A stretch of DNA of 64,000 nt from an uncultured delta proteobacterium (GCA_963814585.1 CAWFDF010000012.1:416001-480000); one strand, 5' to 3'. Counted from the first letter of the stretch, positions 1-12,933 are shown. The notes: generated from the sequence alone by a model not told the origin. Numbers and translations are program-made.

Positions 1-684
1 CGCGAAGACGTCGGTCCGCTCGTCCTCGGGCGCGTCCTCCCACTGCTCCGGCGCCATGTAGGCCGGCGTCCCGCCGGAGAGGCGCCGCCTCCCGAAGGCG
101 TGGGCCATCCCGAAGTCGAGGATCTTCACCTGCCCCTTGCCGGTGACGAACACGTTCGAGGGCTTGAGATCCCGGTGCACCACCCCCTCGGCGTGGGCGT
201 GGGCGAGGCCGCGGGCCACCTCGGTCGCGACGTGCACCGCCTCCTGGACCGGGAGCGGCCCGTCGTCGAGCCGTTCCTGCAAGGTCCTGCCGCGCAGCAG
301 CTCGAAGACGAGGTACGGCCCGTGCTCGCTCCGGCCGACGTCGTGCAGCGTCACCAGGTTCGGGTGGGAGAGGCGGGCGATGGCCTCGGCCTCGCGGACG
401 ACCCTTCCCTCCTCCTCGGCAACCCGGCCCGGCCGGACCAGCTTCAAGGCCACCTGCCGCCCCAGCTCCCGGTCCCTCGCCTCGTAGACCACGCCGAAGC
501 CGCCCCGTCCCAGCTCGCGGACGACCTCGAAGCGCCCGACGAACGCCCCCGGGAGGAGCGGCGGCGCCCCGGCCTCGGGCTCCTCCGGCGAGGCGGCCAC
601 CCGCCTGAGGAGGTCGGTCAGCGCACCGGGCCTCACTCCCCCCGTCGGACCGCGGCCGTCCCCGGCGCCAGTGCCCACCTGCAC
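1..684 (-). CDS. Hanks-type Ser/Thr protein kinase, N-terminal part (runs off window start; start GTG at 684 or 636)
   Basis: Manual minus-strand translation gives GRFEVVRELGRGGFGVVYEARD..VALKLV, VVHRDLKPSNVF, VKILDFG and GGTPAYMAPEQW. The + ORF 100..693 is its antisense shadow. Confidence 0.92.
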   Translation of the reverse strand, partial: MQVGTGAGDGRGPTGGVRPGALTDLLRRVAASPEEPEAGAPPLLPGAFVGRFEVVRELGRGGFGVVYEARDRELGRQVALKLVRPGRVAEEEGRVVREAEAIARLSHPNLVTLHDVGRSEHGPYLVFELLRGRTLQERLDDGPLPVQEAVHVATEVARGLAHAHAEGVVHRDLKPSNVFVTGKGQVKILDFGMAHAFGRRRLSGGTPAYMAPEQWEDAPEDERTDVFA

Positions 685-796
685 CCCCTGTGACCGTGGA
701 TGAAGGCTAGCCGATTTGGTGGAATGGGCGCCACCTGGCCCTGGTTCGTGCGCACGAACCAGGGTCGAGCCACCGGGGTGCTCCCTCGTCTCCGAC

Positions 797-901
797 GGGC
801 CGGGACAGCCTCTCCAGCAGCGCCACCATCCCCGCCTTGTCCATCCGGCGACCGGCGATGTCGACCATGGCGTCGGAGAGGCATGAGGGCGGCTCCGGCA
901 A
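797..901 (-). pseudogene. Possible remnant of a Doc/Fic-family toxin C-terminus
   Basis: Peptide LPEPPSCLSDAMVDIAGRRMDKAGMVALLERLSRP resembles, from memory, the C-terminal helices of Doc proteins. No HPFxDGNKR motif and no N-terminus are present. Confidence 0.3.
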
Positions 902-1166
902 CCTGTTGGGTCGTGTCTGGACAGGCCACGGCCGCCGGCAAGCGCTCCAACGTCGCCGGCCCGCCATCGTCCACCGTCTGGCGACACGAGCCTCACTCCT
1001 GCCGGCAAAGCGCGGATCGACGACCGCGTGGCCGGCCTCACGGCGGGGCGTAAGCGGCCCCCTGCGCCCCGGCTTGGCCCCGGAAACGGCCCTCCGAGGG
1101 GCTGCCGAAGGCGAGGCCGTCGACTAGGTGCCACCCGGAACCAGAGCCGGGGGGCGAGGAGGCGCC

Positions 1167-2042
1167 ATGGAAGCGAACAGGAGCGTCGAGCCGGGGCGAC
1201 CCCACGCGCCACCACCGGCGTGGAAGGGGCAGGAGCGCGGAGACACCGCCTTCACCAGCTCCATCGCCGAGCTCTACGACCGGCACCTGGTGCCGATGAT
1301 CTTCGAGCCCTACGCCGTCGACCTCGCGGCCCGGGTCGCCGCGCTCGACCCGTCGCGAGTCCTCGAGACCGCGGCGGGCACCGGCGTGGCGACCCGCGCG
1401 ATGGCGCGGGCCTTGCCGGCGCGGGTGGACCTGGTGGCCACCGACCTCAACCCGGCGATGCTCGAGCGCGCCGCCGCGGTCGGCACGCCGCGGTCGGTGC
1501 GGTGGCAGCAAGCCGACGCGGCGCACCTCCCCTTCGACGACGCCCGCTTCGACGTCGTCGCCTGCCAGTTCGGCGCGATGTTCTTCCCGGACAAGGCCCG
1601 CGCCTTCTCCGAGGCACGGCGCGTGCTCCGCCGCGGCGGTGCGCTGGTGTTCAGCGTCTGGGACCGCCTCGAGGAGAACGAGTTCACCGACATCGTGGTG
1701 GCGGAGCTGGCCCGCCTCTTCCCGGAGGACCCCCCCCGGTTCATGGCGCGCACGCCGCACGGCTACTTCGACCGGGAGGCCATCTCGCGAGACCTGGCGA
1801 GCGCGGGGTTCGACGCCACGCCACGAATCGAGACGGTGGCGGCGCGCAGCCGGGCGCCATCGGCGCAGGTGACGGCCCTCGCCCTCTGCCAGGGGACGCC
1901 CCTGCGGAACGAGATCGAGGCCCGCGCCGGCCCGGACCTGGCCGAGGCGACCTCAGCGTGCGCCGCGGCGCTGGCTTCGCGCTTCGGTGGGGGGCCGATC
2001 GACGGGAAGATCCAGGCGCACGTCGTCGCCGTCGAAGCCTGA
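1167..2042 (+). CDS. Class I SAM-dependent methyltransferase (UbiE/Methyltransf_11-like)
   Basis: VLETAAGTG motif I, ATDLNPAML, ADAAHLPFDDARFDVVACQFG; GAGGAGG RBS before ATG 1167. Confidence 0.88.
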   Translation: MEANRSVEPGRPHAPPPAWKGQERGDTAFTSSIAELYDRHLVPMIFEPYAVDLAARVAALDPSRVLETAAGTGVATRAMARALPARVDLVATDLNPAMLERAAAVGTPRSVRWQQADAAHLPFDDARFDVVACQFGAMFFPDKARAFSEARRVLRRGGALVFSVWDRLEENEFTDIVVAELARLFPEDPPRFMARTPHGYFDREAISRDLASAGFDATPRIETVAARSRAPSAQVTALALCQGTPLRNEIEARAGPDLAEATSACAAALASRFGGGPIDGKIQAHVVAVEA

Positions 2043-2131
2043 GCGGCCCTGGTTCCCCCCGGTTTGGCACGGTTTGCGCCAACCCCCGGAAGCGCAGAGG
2101 TCCGAGCGATCGATTCAAGAGAAGAAATGCC

Positions 2132-2533
<402 letters not shown>

Positions 2534-2543
2534 AGCGCCACGG

Positions 2544-2573
2544 GGTCTAGCACGCGCGGGCCCGAGGCGACAA
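2544..2573 (-). promoter_or_regulatory. Putative sigma70 promoter of rnpB
   Basis: TTGTCG-N18-TAGACC with extended -10 TG, about 10 nt upstream of the RNA 5' end. Confidence 0.4.
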
Positions 2574-2590
2574 TGCAGGCCCCGAGCGCC

Positions 2591-3310
2591 CTACCCCGCG
2601 GTGCGACGCACGCCCCGCCTCGGGCAGAGCTCCGCGACCGGGCAACGGTCGCAGGCCGGCGCGCGCGCCGTGCAGCACCGGCGGCCATGCCAGACCAGCA
2701 GCTGGTGGCCGTGGGCCCACCAGTCCCTCGGGAAGAGCGCACGCAGCTCGGCCTCGACCCGGCCTGGCGCCAGCTGCCGCGTGAAGCCGAGCCGGCGCGC
2801 CAGCCGGCCCACGTGCGTGTCGACCGGGAAGGCCGCCTCCACCCCCTGCTGCACCAGGATGACGCCGGCCGACTTCTGCCCCACCCCCGGCAGCGCCTCG
2901 AGCTCGGCCCGGGTGCGCGGCACCTGCCCGCCGTGCGCCTCCACGATCCGCCTCGCCGCCGCCACGATGGCCCTGGCCTTGTTGCGGAAGAGCCCCAGCG
3001 TCCGGATGTGGGGCCAGAGCTGCTCGGGATCGGCTCCCGCGAGGGCCGCCGCATCGGGGAAGGCGGCGAACAGCCCCGGCGTCACCCGGTTGACCCCCTT
3101 GTCGGTCGACTGGGCCGAGAGGATCACCGACACCAGGAGCTGCAGGTCGCCCTCGAAGTCGAGCTCGATGCGCGCGCCTGGCATGGCCGCGTCGAGCCGC
3201 CGGAGCACCTCGAGCGCCCGGGTCCGCTCGGCGTCGGAGGGCGTGCGGGGGCGGCGCCTCCCCTTCGGGCGCCCTCCCGAACCGGTCTTCGCCGCTCTCC
3301 GTGCCGCCAT
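2591..3310 (-). CDS. nth: Endonuclease III (HhH-GPD glycosylase, 4Fe-4S)
   Basis: LLVSVILSAQSTDKGVN, HhH LPGVGQKSA, VDTHV and C-X6-C-X2-C-X5-C (CTARAPACDRCPVAELC). Confidence 0.93.
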   Translation of the reverse strand: MAARRAAKTGSGGRPKGRRRPRTPSDAERTRALEVLRRLDAAMPGARIELDFEGDLQLLVSVILSAQSTDKGVNRVTPGLFAAFPDAAALAGADPEQLWPHIRTLGLFRNKARAIVAAARRIVEAHGGQVPRTRAELEALPGVGQKSAGVILVQQGVEAAFPVDTHVGRLARRLGFTRQLAPGRVEAELRALFPRDWWAHGHQLLVWHGRRCCTARAPACDRCPVAELCPRRGVRRTAG

Positions 3311-3357
3311 GAGGGGGCGGATGCTAGCATCGGCGCCCTTCCGAGGAGGAGGACCGC

Positions 3358-4389
<1,032 letters not shown>

Positions 4390-4437
4390 GGCACGGCGGC
4401 GCCCTCCCAGGGAGCGAGGCGGCCCCCGGGGGAGGCG

Positions 4438-7400
4438 TCACAGGACGTCGAGGATCCCGTCCACCGGTCCGGCCAGGTGAGGCGTGCCGACGTTGGCGTC
4501 CACCCAGGTCGCCGATGCGCTCAGGCTGAGAACCTGCGGCGTCGCGGGCGCGGTGCATCCCGTCCAGGTGAGGTCGAGGGTGGCGCCGATGGCAACCTGC
4601 GGCATCGCCGGCGCCGAGCTGCAGGTGGTCCCGGTGAGCGACACCTCGGTCACGTCGGCCTGGGCCGCACCGTTCTTGGAGAGCGCCAGGGTCACGGAGA
4701 AGTCACCCCCGACCGCCACGGATGCTGGAATCGCCGTGAGGCTGAGGGCGGTGACGCTCGCCGCGGTCTGGACGGTGGTGGTCGACGAGGTGATGCCCGC
4801 CGGAGTGAGCGCGGCCCCCGTGTTGGCGTCGGTGCCAGTGGCCGTGGCCGTGATGGTGATGTTGCCCGCCTGCGTGGCCGTGCAGGTGAAGGTGAACGGC
4901 ACCGTGGCGCCGGCGGCGATGGGCGTCGCGCCTGGGCTGGCGGTGCCGCAGCTGGCCACGGCGCCGGCCGTCTCCTTCACCGTCGGCGTGACGGTCACGC
5001 CGCTGGCCGTGGCGCCGCCCGCGGTGGCGGTGTTGCGGGCGTTGGCGGTCAGCGTGATCCCCTGGCCCACGCTGACCGTGGCCGCCGGCTGGGCCTGGTA
5101 GGTCACCGACAGGCCGGCCGCGGCCTGGACCGTGACCGTCGCCAGCGCCGGCCCGGCCGTCTGCGGCGTGCCGACGTTGACGTCCACCCAGGTCGCCGAG
5201 GCGCTCAGGCCGAGCGTCTGTGGCGTCGCCGGCGCCGTGCACCCCGACCAGGTGAGGTTCAGGCTCGCCCCGACCCCGTTCGCCGGCAGCGTCGGGGGCG
5301 TCGTGCAGGTCGTCCCGGTGAGCGCCGCGGCCGTCACGTTGGCCGCGGCGGTGCCGGTCTTGGCCAGGGCCAGGGTGACCGTGAACGCCTGGCTGGTGTT
5401 GACCGTCGACGGCGTCGCCGTCAGGCTGGTCGCCGTCACCACGGCCCCGCTCTGGACCGTGACCGAGATCGGCCCGGAGCTCGCCGCCTGCGGCGTGCCG
5501 ACGTTGACGTCGACCCACGTCGCCGAGGCACTCAGGCTGAGCGTCCCCGCGCTCGGCGAGCTGCACCCGGACCAGGTCAGGTTCAGGCTCGCCCCGATCC
5601 CGTTCACCGGCACGGTCGGCGCCGTCGTGCAGGTCACCCCCGTCAGCGTGGCCGCGGTCACGTTGGCCGCGGCCGTGCCGGTCTTGGCCAGCGCCAGCGT
5701 CACCGTGAACGCCTGGCCGGTGTTGAGCGTCGACGGCGTCGCCGTCAGGCCGGTCGCCGTCACCACGGCCCCGCTCTGGACCGTGACCGAGATCGGCCCG
5801 GAGCTCGCCGCCTGCGGCGTGCCGACGTTGACGTCCACCCAGGTCGCCGAGGCGCTCAGGCTGAGCGTCTGTGGCGTCGCCGGCGCCGTGCACCCCGACC
5901 AGGTCAGGTTCAGGCTGGCCCCGACCCCGTTCACCGGCAGCGTCGGCGGCGTCGTGCAGGTCGTCCCGGTGAGCGTGGCCGCGGTCACGTTGGCAGCGGC
6001 GGTGCCGGTCTTGGCCAGGGCCAGCGTCACCGTGAACCCCTGGCTGGTGTTGAGCGTCGATGGCGTCGCCGTCAGGCTGGTCGCCGTCACCGCCGCCGCA
6101 GACTGGACCGTCACGGCCGCCAGCGCCGGGCCCGCCGTCTGCGGCGTGCCGACGTTGACGTCCACCCAGGTCGCCGAGGCGCTCAGGCTGAGTGTCTGCG
6201 GGGTCGCGGGCGCCGTGCACCCCGACCAGGTCAGGTTCAGGCTCGCCCCGATCCCGTTCACCGGCATCGTCGGCGGCGTGGTGCAGGTCGTCCCGGTGAG
6301 CGCGGCGGCAGTCACGTTGGCCGCGGCGGTGCCGGTCTTGGCCAGCGCCAGCGTCACCGTGAACCCCTGGCTGGTGTTGAGCGTCGACGGCGTCGCCGTC
6401 AGGCTGGTCGCCGTCACCACGGCCCCGCTCTGGACCGTGACCGAGGTCGGCCCGGGCCCGCCGCCTGCGGCGTGCCGACGTTGACGTCCACCCAGGTCGC
6501 CGAGGCGCTCAGGCTGAGCGTCTGTGGCGTCGCCGGCGCCGTACACCCCGACCAGGTCAGGTTCAGGCTCGCCCCGATCCCGTTCACCGGCAGCGGTCGG
6601 CGGCGTCGTGCAGGTCACCCCGCGTCAGCGTGGCCGCGGTCACGTTGGCCGCGGCGGTGCCGGTCTTGGCCAGCGCCAGCGTCACCGTGAACGCCTGGCC
6701 GGTGTTGAGCGTCGACGGCGTCGCCGTCAGGCTGGTCGCCGTCACCGCCGCCCCGCTCTGGACCGTGACCGAGATCGGCCCGGGCTCGCCGTCTGCGGCG
6801 TGCCGACGTTGACGTCCACCCAGGTCGCCGAGGCGCTCAGGCTGAGCGTCTGTGGCGTCGCCGGCGCCGTGCACCCCGACCAGGTCAGGTTCAGGCTGGC
6901 CCCGACCCCGTTCACCGGCAGCGTCGGCGGCGTCGTGCAGGTCGTCCCGGTGAGCGTGGCCGCGGTCACGTTGGCAGCGGCGGTGCCGGTCTTGGCCAGG
7001 GCCAGCGTCACCGTGAACCCCTGGCCGGTGTTGAGCGTCGATGGCGTCGCCGTCAGGCTGGTCGCCGTCACCGCCGCCGCAGACTGGACCGTCACGGCCG
7101 CCAGCGCCGGGCCCGCCGTCTGCGGCGTGCCGACGTTGACGTCCACCCAGGTCGCCGAGGCGCTCAGGCTGAGTGTCTGCGGGGTCGCGGGCGCCGTGCA
7201 CCCCGACCAGGTCAGGTTCAGGCTCGCCCCGATCCCGTTCACCGGCATCGTCGGCGGCGTGGTGCAGGTCGTCCCGGTGAGCGCCACGGCCGTCACGTTG
7301 ACCGCGGCGGTACCGGTCTTGGCCAGGGCCAGCGTCACCGTGAACCCCTGGCTGGTGTTGAGCGTCGACGGCGTCGCCGTCAGGCTGGTCGCCGTCACCA

Positions 7401-10400
7401 CGGCCCCGCTCTGGACCGTGACCGAGGTCGGCCCGGAGCTCGCCGCCTGCGGCGTGCCGACATTGACGTCCACCCAGGTCGCCGAGGCGCTCAGGCTGAG
7501 CGTCTGTGGCGTCGCCGGCGCCGTACACCCCGACCAGGTCAGGTTCAGGCTCGCCCCGATCCCGTTCACCGGCACGGTCGGCGGCGTCGTGCAGGTCACC
7601 CCCGTCAGCGTGGCCGCGGTCACGTTGGCCGCGGCGGTGCCGGTCTTGGCCAGCGCCAGCGTCACCGTGAACCCCTGGCCGGTGTTGAGCGTCGATGGCG
7701 TCGCCGTCAGGCTGGTCGCCGTCACCGCCGCCGCCGACTGGACCGTCACGGCCGCCAGCGCCGGGCCCGCCGTCTGCGGCGTGCCGACGTTGACGTCCAC
7801 CCAGGTCGCCGAGGCGCTCAGGCTGAGCGTCTGTGGCGTCGCCGGCGCCGTGCACCCCGACCAGGTCAGGTTCAGGCTCGCCCCGATCCCGTTCACCGGC
7901 ACGGTCGGCGCCGTCGTGCAGGTCACCCCCGTCAGCGTGGCCGCGGTCACGTTGGCCGCGGCCGTGCCGGTCTTGGCCAGCGCCAGCGTCACCGTGAACG
8001 CCTGGCCGGTGTTGAGCGTCGACGGCGTCGCCGTCAGGCTGGTCGCCGTCACCACGGCCCCGCTCTGGACCGTGACCGTCGCCAGCGCCGGCCCGGCCGC
8101 CTGCGGCGTGCCCACGTTGACGTCGACCCAGGTCGCCGATGCGCTCAGGCTGAGCGTCTGTGGCGTCGCCGGCGCCGTACATCCCGACCAGGTCAGGTTC
8201 AGGCTGGCCCCGACCCCGTTCACCGGCAGCGTCGGCGGCGTCGTGCAGGTCGTCCCGGTGAGCGTGGCCGCGGTCACGTTGGCCGCGGCGGTGCCGGTCT
8301 TGGCGAGGGCCAGCGTCACCGTGAATCCCTGGCTCGTGTTGAGCGTCGACGGCGTCGCCGTCAGGCTGGTCGCCGTCACCACCGCCGCCGACTGGACCGT
8401 CACGGTCGCCAGCGCCGGGCCCGCCGCCTGCGGCGTGCCCACGTTGACGTCCACCCAGGTCGCCGAGGCGCTCAGGCTGAGCGTCTGTGGCGTCGCCGGC
8501 GCCGTACACCCCGACCAGGTCAGGTTCAGGCTGGCCCCGACCCCGTTCACCGGCAGCGTCGGCGGCGTCGTGCAGGTCGTCCCGGTGAGCGTGGCCGCAG
8601 TCACGTTGGCCGCGGCGGTGCCGGTCTTGGCCAGCGCCAGCGTCACCGTGAACGCCCGGCCGGTGTTGAGCGTCGACGGGGTCGCCGTGAGCCCGGTTGC
8701 CGTCACCACCGCCCCGCTCTGGACCGTGACCGAGATCGGCCCGGAGCTCGCCGCCTGCGGCGTGCCGACGTTGACGTCGACCCACGTCGCCGAGGCGCTC
8801 AGGTTGAGCGTCCCCGCGCTGGGCGAGCTGCACCCCGACCAGGTCAGGTTCAGGCTCGCCCCGATCCCGTTCACCGGCACCGTCGGCGCCGTCGTGCAGG
8901 TCACCCCCGTCAGCGTGGCCGCGGTCACGTTGGCCGCGGCCGTGCCGGTCTTGGCCAGCGCCAGCGTCACCGTGAACGCCTGGCCGGTGTTGAGCGTCGA
9001 CGGCGTCGCCGTCAGGCTGGTCGCCGTCACCACCGCCGCGGTCTGGACCGTCGTGGTCGAGGTGACGGGGACGGGGGCGAGCGGCAGGTTGGAGTTGGCA
9101 GCCGTTCCGGTCGCGGTCGCGGTGTAGGTGACGATTCCGGTACCAGTGCCCGTGGCCGTGCCCGTGCAACTGTACGGGAAGGCCCCCGTGCCGCCTGCGG
9201 CGATGACCGTGGGGCCGGCCACCGTGGCCGTGCACGCGGCCGCGGCGCCGCTGGCGCCCACCGAGACCAGGCTGAAGACCACGCCGGTCACGGAGGCGCC
9301 GCCGGCCGCCGCCGTGTTCGTCAAGGTCACGGTCAGCGGGAACACCTGTCCCACGCTGACCTTGGCCGGCGGTGGCGTGGTGTACGCCACCGCCAGCCCG
9401 GCCGCCGCCTGGACCGTGATCGCCGCGGAGGTCGAGTTCGTGGTGTTCTGGAACGTCGGAACGCTGGCGTCCACCCAGGTCGCGAAGCCAGAGGTCGCGA
9501 TCACCTGCGGGCTCGCGGGGGCCGTGCATCCCGTCCAGGTGAGGACCAGCGTGGAGGCCATTGCGTTCACGGGCAGGACCGGGGCCACCGAGCACGACGC
9601 GGCATAGTCCATGGACGCACCCGTCACGTTGACGATGGTCCCTCCGGACTTCGAGAGCGTGAGGCTGATGGCGAATGTCTGTCCCGTGCTCAGCGTGGCT
9701 GGCGTCGACACGATGCTCATGGCCGTCACCGTCGCGGCGGCGACGACGGTGACCGCCACGGGCCCGAAGGCCGCCACCTGGGACGTGCCGGTGTTGACCG
9801 CCACCCACGTCGCCGATCCGGTGATGCTGAGCGTCCCTGGAGTCGCCGGCGCCGTGCACCCCGACCAGGTCAGGTTCAGGCTCGCCCCGGCCCCGTTCAC
9901 CGGCAGCGTCGGGGGCGTGGCGCAGGTCACGCCCGCCAGCGTGGCCGCGGTCACGTTGGCCGCGGCGGTGCCGGTCTTGGCCAGCGCCAGCGTCACCGTG
10001 AACCCCTGCCCGGTGGTGAGGGTCGCCGGAGTCGCCGTGAGCGCGGTCGCCGTCACCACCGCTGGCGTCTGCACCGTTGCGGTGGCGCTCGCCGTGTTCG
10101 ACGTCACCACGAGCGACGTGTCGTTGGAGTCGGTGCCCGACGCGGAGGCCGAGAGGGTGACTGTTCCCGGGGAGGCCGAAGAGCAGTTCGCATAGACGAA
10201 GACCACCGGAGAGCCGAAGGACACCGTGGCCAGGGTCGGCGACGGCGCCGCGCAGCCGGCGATCGGCGTGGGCGTGACCGAGAGGGCCTCGGCAGCCCCC
10301 GTGTTGCTCACCGAGAGGCGCGCCGTGAAAGGCTGGCTGACATTCACCGTGAACGGCTGCCCGGTGGAGACCGGGGGCGATCGCTCGAAGGTCAGGGTCG

Positions 10401-12933
10401 CCGCCAGGGATGCCGGCGTCTCCACCGTGACCGAGGCGCCGGGCTGCGCGGTGACGGCTCCGCCGGAGAAGGCGTCGGTTCCACTCACCGACAGGCCGAA
10501 GTCGAGGTGCCCGGTGGAGAGGCCTGCCGTCAGCGATGGGCTGTAGGTCCAGGCGACGGTGATCGTGCCACCTGCGGCCAGGACCGACGGCGGCGCCGGG
10601 GCGGGGCCGGTGATCCGGACGGCCCTGGCACCATCCGTCGAGTTGACGCTGGGGGTACCGACGACCAGGTTCCGGACATCGGCGAGCCCCTGATTGCTCA
10701 AGGTCAGGGTCAGGGTGATGACCTGCCCCACGCTGGCCGTCGCCGGCACCGCCGAGAGCGTGGCGGTCATGGTGGCCGAGCCGATGACGAAGCCCCCCGA
10801 GGTCGCCGCGCCGGAGCCCAGCGGCGCGCCGGAGTTGCCGTCCAGTCCGCTGGCGCTCGAGGAGAAGGTGACCGTTCCCGGAGTCGTCCCTGCCACCAAG
10901 GTCCACGTGAAGGTGGCGCTGGCGCCCGCCGCGAGGGAGGCCAGGGAGGCGGGGACCGGCCCGGTCCCGGCCTTCAGGGCCGCCAGGCTGGCGGGTTCCA
11001 CCCTGAGCGTGCCCGGCAGGACGTTGGTCGCCGCGGAGCCCCCCGTGTTGGTGACCGTCATCGCCACCGTGAACTCCTTCCCGATGGCGGCAGCCCCGGA
11101 AGCCGGGAGGCTCGCCACCAGCACGGCGGGTGCCTGCACGGTTCCGCTGGCGCTGGCCGTGTTCGACACCACCAGCTGGGACGGGTTGTTGGCGTCGGTC
11201 CCCGAGGCGGACGCGGAGCGCGTGAAGGTCCCCAGCGTCGTCGAGGAGCAGCTCGCGTAGGTGAAGACCACCGGCGAGCCGGCGTTCACCGTGGCCGAGA
11301 CGGGCGACGGCGCCCCACAGCCGGCGATCGGCGTGGCCGTGACCGCGAGGGCCGCGGCGACCCCCGTGTTGCTCACCGAGAGCTTCGCCGTGAAGACCTG
11401 GCCAGCGTTCACCGTGAACGGCTGCCCGACGGGAACCGGAGGCGATCGCTCGAAGGTCAGGGTCGCCGCCAGGGCCGCCGGCGCCTCCACCGTGGCCGAG
11501 GCGCCGAGCGGGGCGGAGATGGCTTCGCCGGAGAAGGCGTCGGTTCCACTCACCAACAGGCCGAAGTCGAGGTGACCGGTGGAGAGGCCGGTCGTCAGCG
11601 ATGGGCTGTAGGTCCAGGCGACGGTGATCGTCCCTCCCGCCGCCAGGACCGACGGCGGTGTCGGGGAGGGGCCGGAGAGCCGGAGGAACCTGGCGCCGTC
11701 CGTCGAGCTGACGCTGGGCGTCCCGACCACCAGGTTCCGGACGTCGGCCAATCCGGGATTGGCCAGGGTCAGCGTCAGGGTGATGACCTGGCCCACGCTG
11801 GCCGTCGCTGGCGCCGCCGACAGGGTGGCGTTCAGGCCGGCCGCGCCGATGACGAAGCCCCCCGAGATCGCCGTGCCGGACGCCAGCGGCGCTCCCGAGT
11901 TGGCGTCCAGTCCGCTGGCGCTCGAGGAGAAGGTGACCGTGCCCGGAGTGGTCCCGGCCACGACGGTCCAGGTGAAGGTGTCGCTGGCTCCGGCCGGGAG
12001 CGAGCCCAGGGCGGCGGGGACCGGTCCGGTCCCGGGCTTCAGGGCCGCCAGGCTGGCGGGGGCCACCGTGAACGCGCCCGGCATGACGTTGGTCGCCGCG
12101 GCGCCGCCCGGGTTGGTGACCGTCATGGCCACCGTGAACTCCCTCCCGACGGCGGCCGCCCCGGAAGCCGGGAAGGTCGCCGCCAGCCCGGCCGGGAGCT
12201 CCACGGTCACGCTGGCGGGAACGGCGGGATCGGTATCGCCCCGCACCGTGGTGCCCGAGAAGCTGTCGGTGGCGCTCGCCGCGCCCGCGAAGGCGACGCC
12301 GCCGGCGCCGGTGGCCGGGTAGATCCAGGTGAACGTCCCGGAGGCGGCCGGCGCCAGCGTGGCGATGGCGGCCGGGTCCGGACCGGAGGGCGACCCCACC
12401 GTGCCGGCACCGCTCACGGTGGGTGCATCCGGGACCACGTCGAGGGCCTCGGTGGTCCCGGTGTTGGTCACGGTGAGCGTGACCGTGATGGGCTGGCCGA
12501 CGCTGACCGTCGCCGGCGCGGCGGAGATGGCGGCCGAGATCGACGCCAGGGCGGTCCCCACCACCGTGTAGGCGCTCGCCAGCTCGCCGGCGCTGCCGTA
12601 GGGTCCCTGGACGCGCAGGGTCTTCATCCCGGGTGAAATGCCGGCCGGCACGGTCGCCGTGAGCGTCTGCTCGTCGATCCGGCGGACGTCCAGGAGCGAC
12701 TGGTCCCCGAGCCAGGCCTGGAAGGTCGAGTCCATGGAGGGCGCCCCACCCGACGATGGCTGGACCGGGCGCACCGAGAAGCCGGCGCCGTGGATCACCA
12801 CCGGGGTGGCGTTCGCCGCGTAGCCCCGGCTGGGCGTCACCGACGTGGGCGAGGGGGACGGGAGGACCGAGCTCCCGCACCCGGCGAGCGTGAGGACCGT
12901 GAGGAGGATCGGAGCGCGGTGTCTAGCCCACAT
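4438..12933 (-). CDS. Giant (~2,830 aa) Thr/Ala-rich repetitive surface lipoprotein with Ig-like/DUF11-like modules; four compensating 1-nt indels at ~6450-6785
   Basis: Lipobox LTLAGC, then an IPT/TIG-like domain (SVTPSRG..VVIHGAGF) and tandem beta-rich modules. ORFs 6742..12933 and 4438..6618 share one frame and the span is 8,496 nt (2,832 codons). Confidence 0.85.
5125..9050 (-). repeat. Intragenic tandem array of 12 near-identical 324-327 bp units (108-109 aa, two Cys each)
   Basis: Unit VTVQSxAxVTATSLTATPSTLNTxQxFTVTLALAKTGTAAANVTAATLTGxTCTTxPTxPVNGxGASLNLTWSGC...ATWVDVNVGTPQ counted 12 times; diverged copies at ~9420-10070 and ~4440-4770. Confidence 0.95.
10080..12210 (-). repeat. Two copies of a ~1.07 kb three-domain unit in the N-terminal half of the giant lipoprotein
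   Basis: PASGAAAxGxEFTVAMTVTN...GLADVRNLVVGTP...STGHLDFGL...LTFERSPPV occurs twice. Confidence 0.85.

Noticed and set aside
2063..2078. TTGGCACGGTTTGC as a sigma54 promoter
   Set aside because: GG-GC spacing is 2 nt too short and it points antisense into rnpB.
5125..9050. Tandem array as a CRISPR or DGR template/variable repeat
   Set aside because: Units are 324-327 bp, in frame and coding, with no spacers, cas genes, reverse transcriptase or adenine-specific variation.
4477..12636. Long + strand ORFs (e.g. 6524..9127, 5132..6484) and off-frame ORF 6584..12880
   Set aside because: Antisense or off-frame shadows of the GC3-biased repetitive gene.
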